Source: Andalucia godoyi And28
Lineage: Eukaryota > Protista > Jakobida
Length of the DNA stretch: 64,000 bases
Direction of reading: 5' to 3'
Assembly (NCBI GenBank): GCA_009859145.1
Contig: VRVR01000051.1
Span: 171,155 to 235,154, forward strand
Shown here: in pieces, positions 24,049 to 34,861 of the stretch
How positions within the stretch are numbered: position 1 is the stretch's first letter
How the letters are laid out: every line of letters begins with the position of its first letter
The notes under the pieces: model-generated
Databases searched by the model: none
What the model was told of the DNA's origin: nothing
What the model saw: the letters and a program-made list of their open reading frames with translations, nothing else
Made by a program: the position numbers and the translations under genes

Positions 24049-24210
24049 TAATAATAATACTAAAAATAAAAGCAAAGAGGCGACTGGACGGATGATGGAT
24101 GAATGAAGAGGATTCGCGTGTTTTCATTTGCCGATAGCGGCGTTTCAAGTTCCAATTTTGACATTTACAAAAGATGGGCATTTTACGACCACTGCAGGAG
24201 AGCAAGCAGC

Positions 24211-26895
24211 TCAGATTTTGGAGCGAACGCGGTGTTCCGCGACCGAGTACCTTCCAACTGCCAGGGCATGAACTTCGTCAGGGCCATCTGCAATGCGCAG
24301 ACAGCGAGCAGCAACGAAAACGTGCGCGAGGAAATCGTGGTGCAGTCCTTCGGCGCCAAATACCTGGATGGCAAAGTCGATGACAAACTGCGCTGTTTGA
24401 GGGATCGCAAGCTTGACTTCGGATACAAGTCGGCGGATCAGGTTTTCCTTTGCATCGGCAGTTGTGAGCGGTGGACTGACACCATCGCAGATTGCTGCGG
24501 TACGGATCGACGCCAACGCCGACCGCGAATTGCCGTGGATCTTTGCGGATTCCAGATGATCCAGTTCAACGCACGTGGACATGGTCAGGAGCCGAGCTTG
24601 GTCCACGAGCGATCTGCATTTTGCAAAGGTCTGGAGAAAAGACGGCTGCTGCACCAGCGGCATTCCAAACACGACACGGGACGAAGCGCGATCGACCACT
24701 TCTGAAAGCGATCTCTCCATGGCCCCGACAAGGCGCATGCAATGATGGAGGCGGCCAGATCCGAGCCGGGCTTGCGAAATTCGGAAGCCTGCCCCAAACC
24801 CTCCAACAAAGCCAGTCGAAATTGGCACGCGGACATTCGTGAACTTCAATTCCCAGTGGCCTTGAGGAGCATGGTCGAATCCAAAAGTAGTCAGGGGTCG
24901 GATGACTTCTACGCCACGGGTTTCGACCGGAACAACAACGATGGATTGCGCGTGTCGTTTCTCAGACGCCTTACTGGAAGCACCTTTCACGGCGGTGGCA
25001 GAAGGCGACGATACACTCGCTTCTTTGGATTCCGGCTGCGGGGGGGACGTTGCAACAACAAGCAAGAATCGACATCGAGAATCACCAGCTCCAGTAATCC
25101 ACCATTTTTTGCCGTTCAGCACAAGTTCCTGCGATGCCTCATCAACCTCGACAGAAAACGAGAGATTAGAGGCAGGGTCCGAAGACGCCGTTCCTGGCTC
25201 GGTCATGGCAAACGCACTGCGAATCTGCCCGTCCAACAGCGGTTTGAGCCATTTCGACTGCTGTTCCTCTGTTCCGAACTCCATCAGCACTTCCATGTTT
25301 CCAGAATCAGGGGCATTGCAATTGCACACCTCCGACGCGATTGCACTGCATCCCATGAGCTCGCACAGGATTCCGTATTCTGTATTGGAGAGCCCGGGGC
25401 CGCCGAATTTCTCTTGAAACCGCACCGGAACAAACAAGTTCCACAACCCCAGCGACTTGGCATCACGTTTGAGAGTCTCAATGAGCGGATGCGGAGTGGC
25501 AAGGCGGTCCTCGGATGAAAGCCCACAAGACTCTCTTGCAATATCAGCTTCTGCCGGAATGATCCTTGCCTCCAAAAACCACTTTAATTTCCAAAACAAA
25601 AACACACACTCCTTGGAAATCAAAGGATAGAAGGGTGCCGGGATGAAATGGGGCATCGCAGGGGTCCAATCCAGAGACTTTTCCGCGATGCTCCAACCAG
25701 CGGCGGCAAGATTCTTGGACAGCGCACCCACAACCGCTGCGTTCGCAGAAGACGCATTGCCGTTCAAATGCCGTTTGTATACGCCTTGCAAAATCGCTGC
25801 GACTCGGAAGAACGAAAACGCAAGATAAAATTGCCAGTTGTCAATTCGCTGCCAATCTCGACGAACGGCGTAGGCCAACAACAGGGACTCTTCACGCGGA
25901 ATGTTGTGTTGCTGCAACGGGTCGACGGGTTTTCTGCGGTCCTGTCCCCGCGCAGTCGAAGCATCCTTCTTCGACTTCGAAAAACTGGAGGTGCCTCCGA
26001 ACCCTGCAAACATGGGCGAATCGGACGGCAAGTGATACAGCAAGCAGAGATAGGACAGGTCTGCAAGTGGGTTGCCCACCGCCGCAAGTTCCCAATCGAC
26101 CACGCCGATAATACGGGGCTCTGTTGGATGAATGATTAGGTTATCAATGCGGAAGTCGCCATGCGTCATGCACACGTTTTCCGAAGTGGACGACTTGCCA
26201 GACCACGGAGCCCATTTCAGCGAATCGGCGTCTGCGGCGGACTTCTCCAGATTTTGGCACAGGCGATCGAGGTCTGGCTGTGGTCCCGTCGCAGATGCCT
26301 GGGCCTGGGTTTTCCATCGCCCAACCTGCCGTTGGAAAAACATCGAGTTGGAGCCCTTTTGTCTTTCTCGGACACCGCCACTGCTGCTGCCAAACAAGAT
26401 GGAGAATGAACTGATGGGGAGTGAATGCAGATGGACAAGGACGTCAATCATGCTTCGAAGCACCAGCGGCCGTTCCTTTTCTGGAACATCCAGGCAGCGC
26501 GGATCGCGGAACGAGCGTCCTTCAAGATACTCCATTACAAAAAACGTCACTCCAATGACCGACGGGTCCTTGCACAGCAGATACGGCTGCGGAACAGGCA
26601 CGCTTCCGGGGTGCTTGTCTGAAATGACGCTCATGATCAGGAACTCTCGATCCACCGCATGCGCAGTCTTGAGAAGAGTCCCCGGGGGCTGGCGGCGCAG
26701 TACAAACGGAACATTGAGCTCATCACGAATCAAATACGTTGGGTTGGACTGACCAGTCGCGAACTTCTCCGCAGACGCAATCGACCCCGTAAATTGAAAC
26801 GACGGCCGAACAAGCACGTCTCGCGAACTCGCAAGCTCACCACGGACTGCCTTTCCAAAGAACGCAGACAGCTTTCGAATGTCGTCTGTATTCAT
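24211..26895 (-). CDS. ACAD11: Acyl-CoA dehydrogenase family 10/11 (APH-kinase-like domain fused to ACAD domain); C-terminal -SKI
   Basis: GQSNPTY, LRRQPPG, HAVDREF, HGDFRIDN and DWE (kinase-like); NCNAPDSGNME, SAFAMTEP, GKKWWITGA, QARLGSGRLHHCMR and RIADGPDEVH (ACAD). Confidence 0.92.
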   Translation of the reverse strand: MNTDDIRKLSAFFGKAVRGELASSRDVLVRPSFQFTGSIASAEKFATGQSNPTYLIRDELNVPFVLRRQPPGTLLKTAHAVDREFLIMSVISDKHPGSVPVPQPYLLCKDPSVIGVTFFVMEYLEGRSFRDPRCLDVPEKERPLVLRSMIDVLVHLHSLPISSFSILFGSSSGGVRERQKGSNSMFFQRQVGRWKTQAQASATGPQPDLDRLCQNLEKSAADADSLKWAPWSGKSSTSENVCMTHGDFRIDNLIIHPTEPRIIGVVDWELAAVGNPLADLSYLCLLYHLPSDSPMFAGFGGTSSFSKSKKDASTARGQDRRKPVDPLQQHNIPREESLLLAYAVRRDWQRIDNWQFYLAFSFFRVAAILQGVYKRHLNGNASSANAAVVGALSKNLAAAGWSIAEKSLDWTPAMPHFIPAPFYPLISKECVFLFWKLKWFLEARIIPAEADIARESCGLSSEDRLATPHPLIETLKRDAKSLGLWNLFVPVRFQEKFGGPGLSNTEYGILCELMGCSAIASEVCNCNAPDSGNMEVLMEFGTEEQQSKWLKPLLDGQIRSAFAMTEPGTASSDPASNLSFSVEVDEASQELVLNGKKWWITGAGDSRCRFLLVVATSPPQPESKEASVSSPSATAVKGASSKASEKRHAQSIVVVPVETRGVEVIRPLTTFGFDHAPQGHWELKFTNVRVPISTGFVGGFGAGFRISQARLGSGRLHHCMRLVGAMERSLSEVVDRASSRVVFGMPLVQQPSFLQTFAKCRSLVDQARLLTMSTCVELDHLESAKIHGNSRSALASIRTAAICDGVSPPLTTADAKENLIRRLVSEVKLAIPQTAQFVIDFAIQVFGAEGLHHDFLAHVFVAARCLRIADGPDEVHALAVGRYSVAEHRVRSKI

Positions 26896-27204
26896 TCCTC
26901 CTTCTTACCAAGTCACGCATAAGTGAGAGACGAAAAAAGGGAAGGGAAAATTAAAATAAGAATATGAGTTATAAAAAAAATAATAATGAAGAAGAAATCT
27001 AGGGAAGAAATGTCAAAAGAAACAGTATGAGTAAAACTCAAAATGCAGGACGCAGGTTTTGCACGCAGGTTTTGCACGATCCACAAAAAAGCCAAGAACC
27101 AGCTTCATAGTATTTTACAGTCCAGCCCAGTCCAGCCCAGTCCACACACACACACACACACACACATGCACAGACGCAAGAGAATGATGGCAAGGCAGCG
27201 TGAT

Positions 27205-28416
27205 CTAAGGTTTGAACCATTTTCCAAAGAGACTGCCGGCAGGCTTTGCTTCGGGTTTTGTGAATCGCATAGGGACGTCTTTGCCCAAGTAGCGGTCGAT
27301 AAGGTCCGAGTATGCGGCGGCGGCGCGGGCCTGGTCCTCTGGCTTGTTGCCCTTGTTTGAAATGACGGGTTTTCCTACGTTTGTCGCCTGGATGATCTCG
27401 TCGCTTTCCGGGATGACTCCGATGAGCTTGATTCCGAGCATTTCTTCAATGTCGGTGACCGAGATCATAGACTCCATGAGCACCTTTTCGGGCTGATACC
27501 TCGTTACGAGCAACATCTGCCGCATGGGGGCCACGTTGCGCTCTGCTCTTAGCGACTGTGAAGCAATCAGTCCAAGCATCTTGTCCGAGTCGCGCACACT
27601 TGATAGTTCCGGGTTCGTGCAAATGATCGCTTCATCTGCAAAATACATCGCCATGAATGCCCCATTTTCGATTCCAGCCGGCGAGTCACATACTATGTAT
27701 TGGAAATCCTTCTTAAGATCCGAGAGCACCTTCGCGACCCCTTCTTTGGTGAGCACTGACTTGTCCCTTGTTTGCGACGCAGCAAGCAAATGCAGGTTCG
27801 GGTTGTGTCTGTCCTTGATGATCGCCTGATGCAGCTGGCACTCTCCATGAATAACATGCACAAAGTCAAACACCACTCTGCGCTCCATGCCAAGATGCAG
27901 GTCCAGGTTGCGAAGCCCAATGTCAAAGTCAATCGCACACACCTTCTTCCCAGCCGCAGCAAGCCCGTACGCAAATGACGCAGCCGACGTCGTCTTCCCA
28001 ACACCCCCCTTCCCAGATGTCACCACCACTACCTTGCATCCTGGATCATCAAGCACAAACCCCTTCACAGCCGACGACACCACCACTCCTCCACTCGATG
28101 TCTCTGATGTCTTGGAACGCACAGATCGAACTATCGTCGCCAGCCGCTCCCAAACAAAAACAAAAACAAAAACAAAAAAACAACACATCCAACACACATC
28201 ATCCAATCCCATTCAATTGGCAATCCGTATTTTTAAATAAAAATCACAAAATTAATAAATTCATCATCACCACCACAAACTACAGCAACGTGCGGACATA
28301 CCTTGCTGAGACTTTAGAGTCGACGAGCCTGTTGGATATGCAGAAACTGCAAATCGACGCAGAAACGAACCGTGCTTTGAAACTGCACTCGGAACGCGAA
28401 ACGCACAAAACATCAT
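27205..28416 (-). CDS. minD: Septum-site-determining ATPase MinD, organellar (probably mitochondrial); exon 1 28416-28302, intron about 28301-28131, exon 2 to 27205
   Basis: Deviant Walker A SGKGGVGKTT, DFDIGLRNLD, DSPAGIE, ELSSVRDSDK and a C-terminal amphipathic SLFGKWFK. Upstream ATG exon MMFCAFRVPSAVSKHGSFLRRFAVSAYPTGSSTLKSQQ ends at CAAG|GTATGT and splices in phase 1 to ATAG|TT (28130) or TCAG|AG; acceptor choice uncertain. Confidence 0.92.
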
Positions 28417-28691
28417 ATTCTCGCAACAACCACACCACCAGTTCAACTGCCGCCACCCTTCCTCACGCTCCTCTGGTCTATCCAGGATCTCCAATTTATA
28501 TGCAAAATTACAAAAGCAAAAAATAAAAAGTAAATGAAAAAATCCCAAAGCTAAAAGACTGCATTGAGCGCGCGCGTTTTTCCTGGGTTTGATTTATTAT
28601 TTCATTTTTTACGGCGGTTGACGCGATGGGTGACTGCGTACGACAGGGATGGAGTTCCGAGAACAATCACGTATTTTCCCTCCCGATCTAA

Positions 28692-28699
28692 TATAAAAG
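28692..28699 (+). promoter_or_regulatory. TATA-like box (TATAAAAG) upstream of the cystatin-like gene
   Basis: Exact TATAAAAG about 60 nt before ATG 28759; function unverified. Confidence 0.3.
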
Positions 28700-28758
28700 C
28701 TGGACCGATTTCTCGTTGGTCCTTTTCCATCCTTTTTTTTTAAAATTTAATTGGTCTC

Positions 28759-29196
28759 ATGACGATGAAGAAGATGATGATGTGTGGGATGAAGAGTCGA
28801 ACGGTGAGATTCATTGTACTGTGCGTAGTGCTCTTGGGTCTCGCAAGTCGGTCGTTGGCAGTGCACACGCAATTAAAGGAGCATCTGAAAAGAGCTTCTC
28901 GAATCGACACGGAGTCCGAGATTGGGCAAAGAATCTCAGAGTTCATTGTCCACAAACTCAGGTCGTCATTCTCTGATTCTTACCAGACACTGGAGCTGCA
29001 GCAGCTGGACATCACCTCGATTATGAACATGACGTCGCTTGTCGGCCCGTGTAATTACTTTGTCAAGTTCCAGGTGACAAAGGACCCGAGCGCCCATAAA
29101 AGGACGTTTGAAGCCGTCGTGTTCACGCCACGCAACGGCTCGCCTCTCGATTTCGACGGGCTTGCAATAGACGAGTTTCCGGATACCGATGCTTGA
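28759..29196 (+). CDS. Small secreted protein, cystatin-like
   Basis: Signal-peptide-like RFIVLCVVLLGLASRSLA; TSLVGPCNYFVKFQV and FEAVVF resemble cystatin QVVAG-x-NY and EAKVW strands, but the canonical QxVxG is absent. Confidence 0.5.
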   Translation: MTMKKMMMCGMKSRTVRFIVLCVVLLGLASRSLAVHTQLKEHLKRASRIDTESEIGQRISEFIVHKLRSSFSDSYQTLELQQLDITSIMNMTSLVGPCNYFVKFQVTKDPSAHKRTFEAVVFTPRNGSPLDFDGLAIDEFPDTDA

Positions 29197-29387
29197 CGGG
29201 GGACCGGAGGACGGGGGAAGAAGCAAGAAGATGTCCTGCCCATCCACCAGCACCTTGTACTAACAAAAACATCCAATCCAAACCGCGAAATTCCTTGAAC
29301 TCACGTTTTTTACTTGTGCGTGTGGGGAAATGTATCTCCGGAAGATATATGCCTAATATCGAACAAAAATTAACACGTATACACAAA

Positions 29388-29411
29388 TCAAAACTGTCTT
29401 TGTTGTTGTTG

Positions 29412-29442
<31 letters not shown>

Positions 29443-32400
29443 TCGACTTCTCTGCGCATCTTGCGTTCACGCAAAAAGTTTCGCATGGCGGTCAGATCCG
29501 GGCCGCTGTTGGGACGCGCATTGCCACCGGTGGCGGCGCGACGACTGCTATCCGAACTGCCTAGGGACTGAGACTGAGTGCGGTGGCTGGACTCTTCGGG
29601 AGCGGAAGAGAACGTCGTGGCGGTCGTCGGCGTGGAAAAGAAAGGGTCCGATGCATATGTGTTCAACGACGCAAGCGCCGAGCTTCTGGACGTAGAGGGC
29701 GCAAAGCCTGTGGACGGCGGCGACGTAAAGTCATTCGTTGTCGCACGATGTTCAAAGTACGAAGAGTACAAATTCGAACGCGCAACACTGCTGCTCTCCT
29801 GTGATTTCAAATCTTCCTTGCGTTCTTGCGCACTGTTCCAGTTCGTGCTCGTGTACCCGTACCCTCCATTGTGCGGGTCGGATGGCTGGTAGGAAGACGA
29901 AAATGTCGATGCAGTCGTCGACGAGTCGTCAAGCGACGCAGCCAGTGCATTGGCGCCAGTTGCAGGTCCCGAGAGGCGCTGCTCAAGGAAGCGATTCGAA
30001 GAATTCAGCTGGTCATTTGCAGCACGCAGACGCGCGACTTCTGAACCCATGCGCTGCCGAGCAACCTCCGCTTCGTGCAGCCGATCGACGACGGCAGCCA
30101 TGTCTCCCAACTCTTCTTTCACGGACCGCACCACTGCGAATTGCTGCCGGAGAACAGTAATTTCCGTCTGCAGCTTTTCGTTCGCAGCACACTGCTCCTC
30201 CAGGCGTTGCTTCAGGCTGCCAAGCATGCTCTGAACTTGTTCAGCCATTCGAGAAACCCGGCGGCGGTGAGCCTCTTCCAAAACCTCGTCAGCAACGACG
30301 GAGTAGCTGCCATGCACCGAACGAGTGACAGACTGACCAGCGTGGGTTGTGCGAGGAGGCGAATAAACTCCAGGTGCAGCCGCAACCGTCGGATTTGGAA
30401 GCTGCAACATCGCTGCGACATGCGCAAGAATATGTGTCCACGATTCTCGGGACTTGACGTGCACCTCTGTAACAGACGAGCCAGGAACGATGGCAACCAC
30501 CTGGCCTTGGGTATTCGATGTATACTCACCTGCATGTTCTCTTCCTGGGGAAGAAGCCAGAGACGACGACGGTGTCGATCCTGGAAGCGAAACTCCCGTA
30601 ACCGCATACGCAGCAGGCTGCAGAACAAGAGTGGCAACAGTGAGTTCCTCTTGCAAATTCGCAATGAGAGCATCTCGAATTGCACACATGCGAATCAGCA
30701 TCAGAAGTGCCGCTTCCAGTCGAGGAATGGACAACGTTGGCGGCCCAGCATACGCCATCATCGGACCAGTCAACGAATCAGAGGACACGGAAGCCGATGT
30801 TGAAGAGGAAGAGAAGGAATGCGCATTGCTCGACGATCCAAGCACAATATGCTCTCCTTCAGACTCCAGGTTGCTCATGAATGCAGCTGCAGGCATGCGT
30901 ACAACATCGCCGTCCCTGGTCAGATAGTCCACGGTAGCGTGCACACGAAGCAGTGCTTCGTGGATCGCCCGAATCGCGGCCTTTTCAGAAGGGTTTGCAG
31001 GACCATTCTCTCCGGATCTGCGAGATGTGTGGAACTGAGGATCCATCGACGACGACGACGACTGCAGCACGTGAATGGTGTCCTCCAGTGTCCTCACATT
31101 CGACTCCGCAAGACCCACTTGGTCCCTCAAACTCGACAAATGTTCTTGCAATGATGTATTCTGCTTCCTCAGCGACACCACCTCCGAAGTCAACGAGCGG
31201 ATGTGCTCACGAAGACCCGCAGCGCCATTCACACCGTTCGGAGTGCTCAGCAGTGCCGATCGAGCATCCTCGGCGTGCGAATCCTCCGCCCAGCCATTCG
31301 AAACGACCAAGGGATTATTCATGAATGCATTGCTGTTCGGGGGTTGGCTTTGTGACAGCGATGTGCTATTCACTCCAATACTTCCGCCATTCACGGAGAC
31401 TTGCAAAGACTTTTCGGCAAGGGCGTTCACCAGTTGGGATTCGAGCTGTTCGGCTTTCGTTTTCTCTCTCATCCACGCTTGCCGATAATGCTCCACTTGG
31501 TCCTTGAGAGACGTAATTTCTTCCAAGTATTTCCGGATGTCCTCGGATGGATACTGATGCGAGGCCTGCGCATCCAACTTTGATTGCAGCATTCGACACA
31601 GGGCCTTGAAATCAACCTCGGTGTTGATCGTGGGATGTACACGAACCTTGGCGGCCCGCTGTCCAAACAGCAGGGACGTGAGCGACTCTTGGAGATTATC
31701 GTTTGAAGGACCGACATTGACAACCAAAGATGTACGTGCATTCCCACCAAGAACATCTTGCAGAAGCCGTGTAAGTTTGGAATCTCTCCAAGGAATGAAT
31801 TTTTCGCTGGTGGAATCTCCTCTGGAAGTCGGAGTAGACGGTGGTTGATGCGAGGGAGACGACGACGATCCGTCATCGTAGAACGTGTTACTCTGCGGGG
31901 CGTGTGACGAGTTCGAGGACGCGGCCAACGCTGCAATCACATTACCCAGCGCGGACAATGACAAATTGATGGCTTTGGCCTCCTCAAAGAGCTGGCCTTC
32001 TGGGAGGGTTTTCGAGGCCCTTTCCGATCCTGCAAGGTCCACACACATCAGCTTGGACCGCGTAACGGAGTGGTCTGCTTCATTCCGTCGCTCCACGGTC
32101 AACGTGAACACAGTGTGCGAGCGGGACGACTTTGCATTCATCTTCGTGGCCGCAACTGCTTTTGCCTTCGACCCATGCATCAGCAGCGCCATCACCTGTT
32201 CTTTGGACCGCACAACATGCTCCGTAAGCCCGTCCACATAAACGCGGCCATCGCTAGATTCTCGAATCTTCAGGTTATTTCGATTCAGATTGGACATGGA
32301 CATGGACATAGACGGCGATGCAGACAGCGATCCCGACGATCCGTTCTGCTGCAGTGTCGAAAACAGATTCTGGCTCGCGAATGCTGACCGCGATGAGTTG

Positions 32401-33248
32401 GACGACGGTGACGCAGGGGTGTACACAGAGGAGGAGCTCGCCAGTAGATCCTGGATGGTCTCCAAGTAGATCTGGCAGTACGACACGGTCACTCGGAATG
32501 GGTTCACAAACGCACTTGGGGCCGAGGTCGACGTGGGAACCCCGCTCATCGCCAAGCCTGAAGTCCCACCCGGGTGCGTCGTCATTCCTGCAATCTTTCC
32601 AAGATCCGGATGGACCTTGTTGAAGTACGAGAAGCTCGCTGCCCGAGCAATCTCCTGTTCTCCATGGACCCTGCGGAACAAATCCGACAATGCACGAGGG
32701 ATGATGCCTTCATTTTCATGCGGTTGCAGCTCTGCAAGGGTGTATGTCTTTCCAGCACCTGTCTGTCCGTATGCAAGGATGCATGCATGCACGCCCTGCA
32801 TGACTGCATCGACCGCTGGGCGACCGACTTGCTCGTATACATCTGCCTGTGTACTCGACGGCGAGAACACGGAATCAAAGACAAACGACTTTGTCTTTTC
32901 ACCGACCTGGACGCTGATTTCCCGGTCAATAGGCGACGCCCGAATCAGCGAGCAGTCCACCTCGGACATTGTTGGAGGTCGCAGCCGCGCACTGACCATG
33001 ATGCGCGAATTCGCAGGAGACGCCGCACTCAGCATGCTCTGCACCGTTGCATCGTGCTCGGACACCTTGGAATGAGACCCAGCGTGCAACTGAGGCTGGC
33101 TCTGTAAATGACTCGACGCCACATCGTAACTCCCAGAGATCCCAGACGACGACGACGACGACGACGACGACGAGCCAGACTTCGATTGCGGTCCATTCGG
33201 CCGAGCAAACGACACTCGCGAAGGAGTCCGGGGCGAAGAAGCACGCAT
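29388..33248 (-). CDS. N-terminal-motor kinesin with coiled-coil stalk (about 1286 aa)
   Basis: ARLRPP, FVFDSVF, AYGQTGAGKT (P-loop), SSRSH (switch I), DLAGSER (switch II), INLSLSALG and RDSKLTRLLQD; coiled coils and poly-Q end. ATG 33248 preferred over the track start, whose extra sequence is repeat-like. Confidence 0.93.
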
Positions 33249-33742
33249 TCCAGCCAGCCAACCAACCAACCAAAAAACAAACAAAGAAACAAACGAAACG
33301 TGAGAACACCTCGATCCACACACTCTCAGCACACACTCACGCTCTCTGACACACGCTCTCTGACGCACGCTCTCATGCAGGCATCCGCGCAAGAACGGAA
33401 GAGAAAGGAAAAGTATCCCACAGAATTTTGGTGTTTGGACGGACTTTTTACTGCTGATCACCAAAAGTTGCGGACGTTTGGGCGGCCAGTAGGAAACCAG
33501 TCTTGGTAATTCAAAAAGGAAATTGCGCTTTGATGCTGGATGGATGATGCTAGAATCCGCTACAGTCGATAGGAATTCCCACCTCTCTCGAAACAAAGCG
33601 AGAATAAGGCAACGGAGTCCATTTAAGAACAAAATGACGAAAGTGTGCAGAAGAAATGGGAATTTATTGATGGCGATTGTCGAAGTTGCTCTCACCACCG
33701 ACCATTCCGCGCTATTGACGAGGTTGTTATTGTTATTGTTGG

Positions 33743-34375
33743 ATGTTTGTTCGGCACGTGTCGTCGTTGTCGTCGTTGTCGTCGTTGTCGTCGTTGTCGT
33801 CGTCGTCGTCGAAGCAAGTACTGCTGGATGGGATACTAAGTCGGCGTCCGCTGTGGAACCGGTATGTGGTGGAGAAGAACAAGCTGTTTTCGCTGTTGCG
33901 CAAAGTGCACTATGACAGTCGGTCGACGCTGATTCGGATGCCGTGTCCTATGCGGTTCTTGTACGGACCTCTGGACCACCTTTCCGTGTATGTTCCTGCG
34001 ACGACAGCGTTTGCCGAGAAGGACGTGTCACAGGTCACTCTTCGATGGTGGTTCTGGGAGCGGTCGTTTGCGCCGTCGGAGTTGGACCAGATGTGTGCAT
34101 TCATCGACGAGATCCAGCTGGAAAAACGCTGCATTGCCCTCGTGGGAGATATTGCAAAGTCTTTTTCACCGTCAGCGGACGTACGGCAGAAGTTCGAGAT
34201 GGCTCGCAGAGCCTCCACGAGCCTTAACCTCGACGACTGGGTCGGGAATACCAAGAAGATCGTGCTGAACCCGGGGGAGCACCCGGATATGGAGGAGGGC
34301 CAACGGGCGATTGTGAGATCCTGGAGAGGCACGTTTGATGTGCAATACGAGTGGCTCCCGAAACACAAGGTGTAG
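33743..34375 (+). CDS. Hypothetical protein with presequence-like N-terminus (210 aa)
   Basis: ATG ORF beginning MFVRHVSSLSSLSSLSSLSSSSSK (no acidic residues); head-to-head with the kinesin; no family recognised. Confidence 0.6.
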   Translation: MFVRHVSSLSSLSSLSSLSSSSSKQVLLDGILSRRPLWNRYVVEKNKLFSLLRKVHYDSRSTLIRMPCPMRFLYGPLDHLSVYVPATTAFAEKDVSQVTLRWWFWERSFAPSELDQMCAFIDEIQLEKRCIALVGDIAKSFSPSADVRQKFEMARRASTSLNLDDWVGNTKKIVLNPGEHPDMEEGQRAIVRSWRGTFDVQYEWLPKHKV

Positions 34376-34861
34376 CACCAAACGTGGTCCACAGGATGTC
34401 TCATCAACGTCGTCACCCCAGAATGTCCTCTCCTCTTCCAAACATCGGAGAGAGTTGTCTTTTGAGATCCCACACTCTGCAGCCCCTCCGGCTCGTTGTA
34501 CAGGCACAGGAATGTCTATGCGATGCTGTGCGCCGAGAAGGAGAGCGCTTGGTTGAAAACCGGTGGGAATTAGAGTGTTTTATATAGAGGAGAGGCTGGG
34601 GAAGCAAAGCGTGTCTACTGGCCACGCGTCGAGAAAGAAAAGAAAACCAACAACACGAAACAACTGCTGCGAGAGGATAGGCCAAACATAAACGACAAGC
34701 CACCAGCAGATTAAAGCAATCATACGAGATAACGGGCGGGGAGAAAAGAACATTGACAGACGAGCAGCAAAACCAAAACCAAAACCAAAACCAAAAAAAA
34801 TAAATATTTAATAATAAATAATAAATACAATCCAATATATATGTGAGATGCACTGTTGGAA

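Noticed and set aside
27205-28212. Track N-terminus of MinD (MGLDDVCWMCCFFVFVFV...) and a plastid interpretation
   Set aside because: That segment is a T-rich repeat better explained as intron. No photosynthesis or plastid genes are in the window and exon 1 looks mitochondrial; a plastid origin is not formally excluded without phylogeny.
33249-33698. 150-aa N-terminal extension of the kinesin in the ORF track
   Set aside because: Derived from GT/T-rich repeats, non-ATG start; more likely UTR or promoter.
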